A DNA stretch of 53,980 bases, the filler included, from Bipalium vagum (Eukaryota), in the NCBI GenBank assembly GCA_037834085.1. It is 2 parts of 2 records of this genome, joined end to end, with 100 filler letters (N's around TTAATTAATTAA, not from the genome) between each part and the next. Parts side by side here need not be neighbours in the genome. Positions count along the whole stretch, not along the records: positions 22,412 to 53,980 come from JBBMKC010251341.1; 1 more part is not named here. The stretch is one strand, 5' to 3'. The position numbers were made by a program, and so were the translations under genes. The stretch's first letter is position 1, and every line of letters begins with the position of its first letter. This document shows, in pieces, positions 24,747 through 36,700 of the stretch. The notes under the pieces are model-generated. The model was not told the DNA's origin. It saw only the letters and a list, made by a program, of their open reading frames with translations, and ran no database searches.

Positions 24747-27700
24747 TCAACCAACGAAACTGAGAAACAAAATTGTACCGGATTCTCGAGAAAATAAAAG
24801 ACCTCCGGCTGTGTTCCAAACGGCACAGTTAACAGGACAATGATTTCCGATAAAATCACCATCAGAATCTTGAGGAGAAAGATTTTTCATGTGACGAATG
24901 ATTCGATGAAGTACCATCCTTTTAGAGCGGAGTTCGGCATTTTCGTATTGATCTGTGCCGAAATTCTCGGATGATTTGTCGTGCATCTTCAAAATCACCG
25001 CTGAAAAATATTGGTTTTCAATAGAAAAAAATATCTTGAATCTATCTTGTTCAGATAAATTATTACAGGAAAAGAGAAATTTAGAAAAATTGTCATTGAT
25101 TTTTACTGAGAATGAATTGCTATCATGAATCAAAGCATTATTTTGGAAATTTAGATATCTTTTTCATAAAAGAAATAAGCCTAAAAAATTAAATATTTTA
25201 TAATTTTTTTCTTGATCAATCAATTTTAATATTTTCAAACCAATAGTTGTAAAATTCAATTAGAAATATTGACATTTATGGGTTAATTAGTTATTTTCAA
25301 TAGTGCTAATTGGTAAATAATATTGGTTAATAAAAAAATGATAATTAAAATCATGGCATAATATAATAAGTATTATGGGAGTCACAAGTAATTTCGTTTT
25401 TTGTTTAACTGAGTGTTAAGTGTAAAAATAAGTTTTAAAGTTTCAACAGTTTTTTTAAAAATTCAAAATATTCACCGTTGTTGACTATCACCTTACGCCA
25501 TTTTTCAGACAAAGAATGAATTCCAATATAAGAAAAATCTCGTCATTTGACTAGATAAAATGATCAACCCATTATTTTTGGATTTTTGAAAATGGTAATT
25601 TGAATCATTTTGAAGGTAATTAAATTTTCTATAAGCAATTAAGGAACTGACATAAAATAATAGTTGATTTTATTAGTTCTAATAAATATGAAAAATTGAA
25701 ATTCGGACACTCCTTCGACATTATTGGAAACAAGATTTCAGTGCAAATGCAGTGGCCGATAAATATGCGAAGTGAAAGGTGTAAATATTGTTCAAAAAAT
25801 TTAAGAATGCTAATTAATACATAATAGACATAAGAATCTCAAATCACAAGTTTACAAAAATTTGCAATTCTGGTAACTTCTAATAAAAGTTAATCAATAC
25901 ATTTCTTTAGGGTATTTTAAGTGAAATTAAAAATATCTTCGTTAAGCATAATGTAAAATATTTTTCATTAAATAAAGATCAGCATTTTGATATTTTATGA
26001 TTTATTTTACCTGTATAAATTACTTGTATTTAATTTTTTCATATTTAAAATCTAAAATTAATTTGAAATAAATATTATGGATTATAAACCAATCGATATT
26101 AAAAAAATTTCCCCATCAAATGAATAATATTCATTTTATGATATTCATTATGAATGATATTTTATGATATTCATTCGACCGGTCAATTATGAAGTATTTT
26201 ATTTGGAGCATGGCTTCGTTATAATGAATGGAGGTCCTATTACAAATTGTCTAAGGATGCAAATTATGTTTCAACTGTCAACCACAAAATGAATCTTGTG
26301 GACATGAAGACTGGAGCTTACACCCAAAGAATTGAGTCGATTTGGGGTAAACTGAAGACTAAGATCGTCGAAATGAAAGGAGTCTGTGGTGATGTCTTGG
26401 ATTCATATCTATATGAATGGATGTGGAGACCAAATATTCTTACAATTTTTTACATAATAAATTAAAACAATGTAACAAGTATAATTTTTGACCAAGTCTG
26501 TCAAAGCAGAACATGATCCTAAATTTTTATAATTTTAAAGAATAAGATAAATATAATAATGACATAAGCAAAAAATAACGTAAAATCAATCTTACCAATG
26601 TTACTCAAATGAGTCTCTGGTACTGAATCACCATTTGGTGACAAAGTTGAAGAGGATGAGGGAGAGGAGGACGAGGAGAAGGACAGAGACGACGAGGGAT
26701 TAGATTGGAAAGTGAAATCTGAATTCAATGTAAGTACGTGAGGGGGAACGTGAAAGAGCAGATTATGAGATTTTCCCGAAATACCAACGACCAAGTAGTC
26801 ACCAAGTGGCGAGAAATCCAACGAAATTGCATTGAGAGAAGGCATTTGAAAATGATAGAGCAATTGGCCGCAAGTCGATTCCGGCTCCGAAGAATAGATT
26901 GCAATGACCGGACTTTGACAATTGGAACTGTTGCTGCTATTGCTGCCACTGTTCGTATCAATACTAGTTCCGTTACTTCTGACATTGAAAGCAGAATGAT
27001 TTTGAGAAGAAAATTTCAACTCGTTCTCAAATGTCAATGAATGTCGCCGTTTTCGAGACACGGATCGTGAACCGGGCCCTGTTCGATTATCTGTGTCCAA
27101 TTCTGAGAAAGAATGAAGTCGTTGAAAAGCAGTGTGAGGTACAAAAACAGCGACTGTTCTGCCACATTTCGACAATCGAATACTGGACTCCGCTAGACCG
27201 GTTACAGATAACACAAGACAAGGCACGATAATATTGGATGAATCTGTGGCGTTGGATCGAGGGGAAATCTTTTCGGAACAAGTTCCAATCGGTTTCAATA
27301 ACCATTTCCGAATGCAATATGAATCTATCTGGAAAACAATGGGTTTCTGTTATCAATACATCAATATCACCTTTGTTAGTCTTCAAATATATTTCGGTCA
27401 TTCTATCGGTCTTTAAAATTAGATAAAATAAAGAAGACCAATGTCAGTTGATAGTTTTTTCGAAAAATATTTTAAGTTAAGAAAAGGAACTCTATCTCAA
27501 TTCTTCATTCAGCTCGAGATACTAAAAGAAATATTGAATTTATGAAAAAATTGTGATAAGCCAAATACGTAAGGTGAAATAAAATTTCAAGTGATCATTT
27601 TTTAAAACAAAACAGCCCAGTGACAGAAGCCAATATATTATCAAATCAATTACTCGCCATTATTATTTCTTAATATCTTCAAGGTTGTCATTGACACACT

Positions 27701-30700
27701 ATTCAAGTTTCAACCAGTTTTTCTGTTAACACAAAAATTTCCAAAGTTTTGCTTTTACAATCTTTTAGATATTTTTTTGGAGGATTAAATATATAGAAGT
27801 CAGATGGAGAAAGTTCGAATAGACAATGCTCAATTGTAAAGAAAGGTACTACGCTTGTGTGAATGATTATAATGGAGAAAACATAAATACAAGAATTCTT
27901 AATCTAGAACACATATTCTCAAACTTTTACGGTTTATTTGATTGCATTTAACCTGGTTGATAAATCCAGATTTGTTTTACACTTTCTGGTTGAATTATTC
28001 TCTTGCTTTTTTCGATATCGTTATCTCCAATTTAACAAAGGGGTCATGGCGTTTCGTTCTCCAAAACAGATATTCTTTCAATTTAATCTTCATAATAGAT
28101 TCGTAATTTTTCAATTATATTTTTAGATGAAAAATTTTTCATAGCGAAAATTAAAAAAATTTCGATATTAACTGTATCAATCATGAAGATTCCAAATTAA
28201 AAAAACTATTGATCAATTAAAATAAATGATATATTATAAAAACTATTGATCATTTAAGACAAATGATATGACAATATTTAGTATATATATTTATTTATCA
28301 AGAATAAAGAAATAACAAAAAAATAAGTTTCTGATTTCTATTTTTCTTCATTTTTCTTTGGTCATACTGAACATAATAACAAAATAAAAGTATATTATTA
28401 ATTATAATCATTATGAAACAAATAATTAATTTTATAAAAAATAAGTCGTTTTTCCAGTTTTTACTCATAACTTATTGGACTTACCGTGTATAATTACTAA
28501 TTGGAAAAAACTTAAAATAGATGAAATAAAATAATTAAAAATTTTGGAGTCATAAAAATTATTTCAGTCTTACTTTTGATCCATTTAAAGGAGGTCCAAA
28601 GGGCATTCCAGAATGTGTGAGATTATTTGTCAATAGTATGTTGATTAGATCTCCCAATTTTGAGGGAGCCGCAACATAGAGTTGAAGAAATTTAAGTGCT
28701 AAATGGAGATGTGTGAGTCTTTTCTGACGATCTATATAAAAGGTCAGACGATAAATATATTAAAAATCAAAAAGTAATCATTTAAGACAAAATATTAATT
28801 AAAAACTTAAATAATAATAATAATATAAAATATAATAATAGTAAAATATATTATTATTTATTAATTTTTCTTTTAAAATAGTAATCTTAATAAAAATAGA
28901 AATAACAATAATAATTTTAAAAATATTATTAAAATTAATTTACTGAAATTAATATTTTTAAAAAGAATTTAATTAAAATAAAGTTTTAAATAAAAATAAA
29001 GTTATTAATTTTTTTAAAAAAAACAGAATAATTAATCTGTTTATTTAAATCAAAAACATAAATTAATAATAATATAAATTAATTTATTAGGTTTATGAAA
29101 ATCACTTATAAAAATATAATTTATTGTTTTATACAAATACAATTGATATCGAAAACAATAACAACTTTGCAATAGTGAATTGTAAAGGAAATAATAATAA
29201 ATATTTTTAATTTGCGAAAATAAAATCAAATCAAAAAGAGGAATGTTTAAAATTAAAACTATATAAAATTTAATTAAAAAATATACAATAAAATACAATA
29301 TTATAATATTAATTTAAGATATTTAAAAATTTATTTTCCTTGAAAATGAAAAAAAGTTTAACTGATTGAAAAGATTAAATTAATTAAAGTGTTCAATGCT
29401 GATATTCTTCAGTAACTTTTTATAAAATATTGATTCTCACTATTATTAATGAATGTTATGAATAAAATTATAAATACTATTTCGATTAAAATTGTTAATT
29501 TTCAAAATTATTGATATTTTTATTAAAAGGGATTTACCATCTTTATAACCGTTGCTGCAGCCATCTTCATACGACATCGAATGCAATTTCGACATCAAAT
29601 ACGGAACTTGTTTGTACTCAAAAGAGTAAACGTGATTTATGTCACTGGATGCGGAAACGGATGGGTTACGGAAATTGGCGTTGTCTGTCCAATCATTCGT
29701 GTCCTTGGACGAAGATGACTGAGAAAGCTTGGAAGGAACCGGTCGGATGTTATTTGCTCCGGGTAGAATATTCTGAGATGAAAAAAAGTGTAATTTCGAT
29801 CAATATATTCGCAGATTTGACAATTTTCAAACAGAAATAAAACATTTTCCCATTCCGATGGATTTTGATTTAATTAAAAATATATTTTAATAATGATAAA
29901 ATAAAAATTTTAACTTAAATAAAATAAAAGAATTAATAAATTTTCGTTAAAAAAATAAAAAAATATAATTATAATTAAATTAAAATTAAAATTTTATTTG
30001 TAAATATTAAAATTCAGGGAAAAATATATTTTTTTGATTATTAAATTAATTCAAGCAATGAAATATATAGTTTAATAATAAAAAACACAAGAGAAAAAAT
30101 CTATCAAACTACTACCATTACTTGAAATAATAATAATAATAAAAGTTATAATTTTAAAACGGAAATCGATTTCTTTATTGATATAAAATGTTTTTTTTTA
30201 AAAAAATTTAATGACAGGTTTTGACTTGACCTTTATACATAATCACCCTTCACAAAATTGTAAGTCAACAATATAAAATAAAAAAACACGTGACAAAAAT
30301 AAAAATTTCAAAATCAAAGTATAGTTGACTTTTTGAAGTTTCTATAAATAGATTATTACAATTATTATTATTATTACTATTATTATTATTATTATTATAT
30401 ATTCTTACTTCATATTGACAGAGAAAACAAAAGCTATTGTTATTTTATTGTATTATAAAAATCAATAAAATAAATTCATTTTATTCTAAATTATCAAAGA
30501 ACATTTGGTAAAAAACGTAAATGGATTTTCGGCCAAGTTATTCATATTTTTAATATTACTATTTTTTTTAAAATTCTTTACAAATATCTTTACATACTCT
30601 GTCATAAGGTGATGATTAATTACCCTTTTTTAAAATAATCTTATACAACTAATGATAATCAATAATAATCAATAATAATAATAATAAATATAATGTTTTC

Positions 30701-33700
30701 CAAGGATTTTTAAACAGATTTAATAATATCAAGTCTCACTTTCCTAAAATATAGGTATTGAGAAAATTATTATTATATTATTATTTTTGTTAAAATTTTT
30801 TTCATTGTTGGTAGTAGATGATTATTAATGTTGTATCTTATAAGTGTATTTAGCAAATATTGATTTCATTTTTGGATTTGGCGAAATTAAGACATTTAAT
30901 TACACTTTGCATCTCCAGGAAACCCAAACACCCAATATATCCAACGTACTCCGCTGAGATGAATTGTGTACTCTAATGAAGTTTTTTGTATTTTATGTAA
31001 GAAAGGGAACCGTGACTTGATTCGTTACACATGTTTACTTTGAAATGAAATACGCGTTTTGCCGTGGGTGTACAAATATTTGTGGTATTGAATAAATAAA
31101 TAAAGTGCTGAATTCAACTTTTAGTTTCTTGCTTTGTGTTCATAGACTGTAATAAATCAATTGATCATCTGAAAAAACCTTTTGAATTAAATGTTTACAA
31201 TTTTAGTGAGTAGGGGGAGCAGTAATTGATTGCAAGAAATTCGGTTTCGTTATCAATAATATGTTTATAATTATCATTACTTCGTTCAAAACAAAGATTA
31301 TTTTTATAAAAAAAGTTGAAAACTTAAATTTTTATTTCACATTATATTATTCATTATTATTATTATTATTATTATCTCAGATTTTTAAACCAAGACCTGA
31401 GTAAAAAATGTTTGTCACAAAATAACTATGAAACTTTCATGAAAAAGAATACTGAAAAATGCACTTAATTCCTCATTGAAACTCCCTCGACATTTTGTGC
31501 TCACGTTCCATTCAAATAAAAACTGTCATCTAATTCAACTTGAAAATTATAACCAAGCCTCAATTAAAGATTTTCGGAGCTTAAAACGTAAGGTACCTTT
31601 TTCAAATATTGAAAAAAAATGGATGTTTGAAAAAAATAATGGAAAACGGAGAAAGACATAAAATAAGAATCATTGTTAGAAGAAGAAAAAACAGGAAACA
31701 TTTCTGAAAAATTGATTTTGTTTAACATTGCATATGAAGCGAACAGTCGTCATTTCCACAGGCCTGGTTATGCGTAACCGTCACGGTTCGCAAGCCCCAA
31801 ACAAATAATTATAGTGACTACCATATAATAGAGGTCACATGACGATTAACAATGCTTTTGACCTGGATTAATCGCAACCATAATGGTTGATAAGCGATTA
31901 TTACGTAACACAATATGAAGATCACTCACGTCACACTTTATAATAGTCGTTTCAATTTTTATTGCTTTTACTTTTCTTAAGTATCATACATTTCTTGCTT
32001 CTAATACAATCAATTATACATAGTATCGATTCGTTGATCTATTTATTTATCATTAATTTTACGATTGTTTATAATTTTGTCAATAATTAAAAATGAACAA
32101 ATTTTATATTTCTTGATTTTAATTGTTATTAATCATTTATAATTAATCAGTTCACATTATTATATAATTACATTAATTAAAAATTATTATTGATTTTTTG
32201 TTATTTGATGATAATTATTTAAATATTGATTTTGTATAATTTAATTAATTTTTTGATTATTTACATTTATAATTTTGTTCAAATTGATTATTTATTGTAC
32301 CAATATATTTTCAATCATTTTTCGAGAAATTTATTTTGTCACTTACTTCCCTGACAGAAACACGTTTTCCATAAACGAGATTCAGGACATTTTTTAAATT
32401 GCACCCAAAATTCGATGGCAAAGTAATAAATTTTGTTTCCTAATTTCTTTTTAAAAGAGATTTTTTCAATTTTTTTCAAATCATGTTTTACGTAGAGTAT
32501 TGGAATTAAAATAATAGTCATTGAGATTGGGAAATTTTTGAAAAAATTCAATGAAATCAATACAAATCTGAATCCATTCACTGAAATCTGATAAGAAGCA
32601 AATTGATTTTCCAGCCAGAAGCCAGTCGTTGGGAATTTTCCACTGCGCTTCGGTGAAGGGCGAAACAGAAAATGGGAAAATCGCCAGGAGTAAATAACCT
32701 CCAACTTAGACAGAATGAATCATTGTGTATTTTCCATTGCTGCGTACCGGATTATTCTAACAAAGTCAAGCTTTGCATAATTGGGCCCGGTGAAACTGTT
32801 TAATTCAGACTGTCAGGAAATGAGGAAACGTGGAGGAAAGGGAGAGCCATGTCAAAATTGGTTTCAACGCCAGAAAATGAAAATCCATTCAATTGTTCTT
32901 TACTCATAGAAATGGAAAGCGGATTCATCACAACGGGGTGCATTTCAAATATTAACGAGAGAGAGTTGTTTTTAATCAATGTTTCGGACAATTTGAAAAA
33001 ATTATTATAGTGTCAAACACAGCTTTAATACATTTTAATATTCAATAATGATCAATTTTTGAGTTGCAAAGCAATTATTAGTAACGACGCAGTGAATTCA
33101 GAGTGAAAAGATCAAAATTTTTTACAGAAAAATAGTATTATCTTTAAAAATTATGAAATATGAAAAATTGTTTAAGTAATTAAGGAAAATTATAATTAAA
33201 ATCAATAAGATAAATAAAATAATAATAATCAAAAAATAGTTTTAAAATAAAAAATAATATAAATATTATAATATTTTATTTATTTAATATTAAAAAATCA
33301 ATAATAAAAATAAAATAGTTTTAAAAAATAGAAAAAATATAATTTCGAATTAATTTTAATATTAGAAAAATAAAATTTAATAATAGTAATTACCTATAAT
33401 AAATATTATTAATAATTAATTTAAAAATGAAATATATAAAGAAATAAGTTAATAATCAATTTTAAAAAATCAATAAAAATAATTTTAAAAAGAAAAAAGT
33501 TAATAAAATGATGAATAATTTTAGTAAAACATGAAAATAAAATCAAAAATAAATAATAAATAATTATTGTTTAATGAAAAAAATAATAACAATAAAATAG
33601 AAGTGGTTAAACATAAGTAAAATTATAGGAATTTAATGATAAATATAAGTGGTAGCAATAAATATTCAAAATAAAGCATAAAGATAAATAAAATATAAAA

Positions 33701-36700
33701 TTGCAAATATAATTATGATCAATGTTAGGGAATTAAGATAATCAATAATAAAACGTACCATGTCGTAATTTTTCACTCGTTCCATTACGATTGTCCTAAC
33801 TTGAATCATGGATTCGTAGAGAAACAGAGGGAAGTCTTCTTGTTGCATTATCCAGTTGTGAATTTGTTGAATGCAACTCCAACAGATCGATTGCCTTAGA
33901 CATTCTCGCTCAAACATGGCTATACATCGTATGAGATCTTTGGATTCCGCAATCAGATTTGCCTCGGATTTCATCAACAAATATTTCTTCAACCGATGAT
34001 CGGATACTGTATTTGGATCTATTTTCTGAAGACAGTTCCAAACAATTTCCGGAGCAATTGGAGATTCCATGACCACAACACAGCTGGAATCAACATCATG
34101 AGGTAGTTGGGTTTTCCGTTTGTTGATATTGGAATCTGTGTCGTATTTGCTGTGCAACTGAATCGAGTCCCCCCACATTTTGAATCTCAACCGACAGTCT
34201 CCACAAACATATACCATAACGAACCATTCTTCGTTTCGACTGAGAACGAATCTAATCAAATCGACAGCATTGACCCGATACTCGTCAAAAGTCGGAGGTG
34301 CGATGTCGAGCATGGACATCTTCTCGCATGTGTCACACGTTTCACAAAGACTGTTATTGTCGTAATGTACGCAGCCACTTTGAGTCGGAGACAACAATTT
34401 TTGATCTATACAAATCTTATTTAACGCACGAAACAAATGTCTCTGTGAGAATTTTCATTTCAAATCAATTTTAACATTACCGCATCTGACGCCGGGAATC
34501 AATTGGATATAAAGATCATTTATAAAAAATAAAATCTTGTTCTATTGTTTTTATTTAATTTAATAGTTTAAATCATTTCACCCTAATTAATTGAAAAATT
34601 GAGATTGGTCTAAAAATCTTTACAGTTTTTCAAGTTATTATCTCTTATTTATTTGAGGTAATAACAAAATATAAAAGGTAAAATAAAATTAATGAGTAAA
34701 AATTACAAAATTTTTTAAAAAGTAGCTCAAAAAAATTAGGATAACATAATTACAATTTTTATTATTAATTACATATAACAACAATAATAATATAATTAAT
34801 AAAATAATAGTTGAAAAATCGCAACAATAAAATAAAGAGTGTGCTTAAAGTAAGTATCAAATTTTACGGCTCAGAAAAATATACATGGTGTGACAATAGA
34901 GTTTCAGGACTTTAACTGTACAAAATCAAAGGTACATAAGACAACAATAAATCATATTCCATTACTCAAAGTAGTGACCATTGACCTGGATTAACTTCGT
35001 AAATATCATAATTAAATATATTCTAAGAAATAGATTTTACGAATTGTTTTAATGAATGAATATTATCGAGTTTAATTGCAGTAAGTTCAAATTTTAATAA
35101 TGTTCTCCATTGAAGAAAGAATGCAATTTTTTTACTAAAAGCTAAGATGGAATTAGTCACATTAGACAGACGGCACTTAGAACACTTGACATGGAAAAAT
35201 ATATCTACAGCGAGGACAATGAGGAAAATTTTTTAAAAATTCTAAGAGACTGGGAATGTTTGTGATCTTCGAAGGTGTAGGACACTATCAATTAAAGATG
35301 AAAAAATATTCGAGATAAACTAGGTTTATGAAGCACCTGAGACATTTGATGACACAAGTAAATAGAAGAAAACCAAAAAAGACCTGAGAATTATTATTCA
35401 AATGGAGGCACAGCTAGAACATTACCAGAAATGTGTCTAAATATTAGGCGTGTGAATAAATTTGCTGATTAGGAATAAAGGCGCCACAATTGAAATATTC
35501 GTGGTAATAAATTAATATACAATCTGTTACACTGAATTGCCCAGTAAAACAAATTCAATATTTAATATAACTTTAGAGATATAATTTCCAGTATATTCAT
35601 ATGTACAAAGAACATGGGATACATCAAAACAAAATATGATTAATATTTGGTATATCCTCCAGCTGCTTTGATTATTGTTGAAACCCTTCGCTCCATAGAA
35701 TCCACGAGTCTGTAGCCGTAATTCTCTTCTCTCATGATAGTGCTCCACAGTTACTGACAGGGGCTGAACAAGTCGTCACAGGTGGTAGGCTTTAAAGCCA
35801 GAGGATGAAGTTAGTGTTTCATGAGTACCCTTGCATTTTCCATGGGGTTAGAATCAGAACTGATTGGTGCCCACCACAGAAGAGGTATGGCATGATCATC
35901 AAACCAATCTCTGATCTTTTTGGAAGTAAGGATTGGTGCATTGTCTTACTGGTAGAATTCGATGCTGTTCATTTGATAGATAGGAAGGAGGTACTGTTCT
36001 AATTTTTTTACTGGACAATTCAGTGTAACAGATTGTATATGATATTTGAGACTATCAATAAATATCTATTATTTTCAGTATAAAAATGTTCATGGGTCAT
36101 GGCCTGGCTGACCAACATTTTCAATCTTACAAGGATACCAGAAAGTAGCTCGAATCGGTACCTTGTCTGGAAGATGGGAGAAAGTATTGACAAGCAGTGG
36201 AGAATATTTCGAAAAATAAATGTACATTGTTTTATAAAGTTTATTTATTTTAGTTATTGATCAAAAAAATCTGAAAACTTATTTACACACCTAATATTAT
36301 GACGCTTATAATCGATTAAATAAATGTATTAAAGTTGACGGTCATTTTGTAGAAAGAATAATAAATAAATGTTACTGTGTCAAGAATTTTCAGTTTTATA
36401 TTGAATATATTTTACGGTTTTACAATTTAAAATCGGATAATCTTCAATATACACCCTGTTTATCGATCATTTAAAAATTGTTAATCAATATAATAAAAAG
36501 AATCAACTCAAAGATTAAAACTCATTAGAGTCTTTCTTCTCTTATAAAATAAATATTAGATTAAAATATTACGGCTTTTCAGCCTAAAATTTTTTTAAAC
36601 CCTTCGGCCCATTTTAATTTGAATTAAAATGATCAATTTTTAACATTGATTAAAAAATGAAAATGAAAATATTTTTTTGAAACCCTAAATTTAATTGAAA

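Noticed and set aside
26725-27426. Several overlapping ORFs on both strands
   Set aside because: Shadow frames of the GC-richer AMBRA1 exons.
29050-29298. Hydrophobic F/I/L/Y-rich ORFs (also 1253-1468, 8253-8453, 10463-10645, 13092-13310)
   Set aside because: Compositional artefacts of AT-rich DNA, with no motifs.
29511-29840. 109-aa plus-strand ORF (likewise 34107-34424 and 7356-7613)
   Set aside because: Antisense shadows of real exons.
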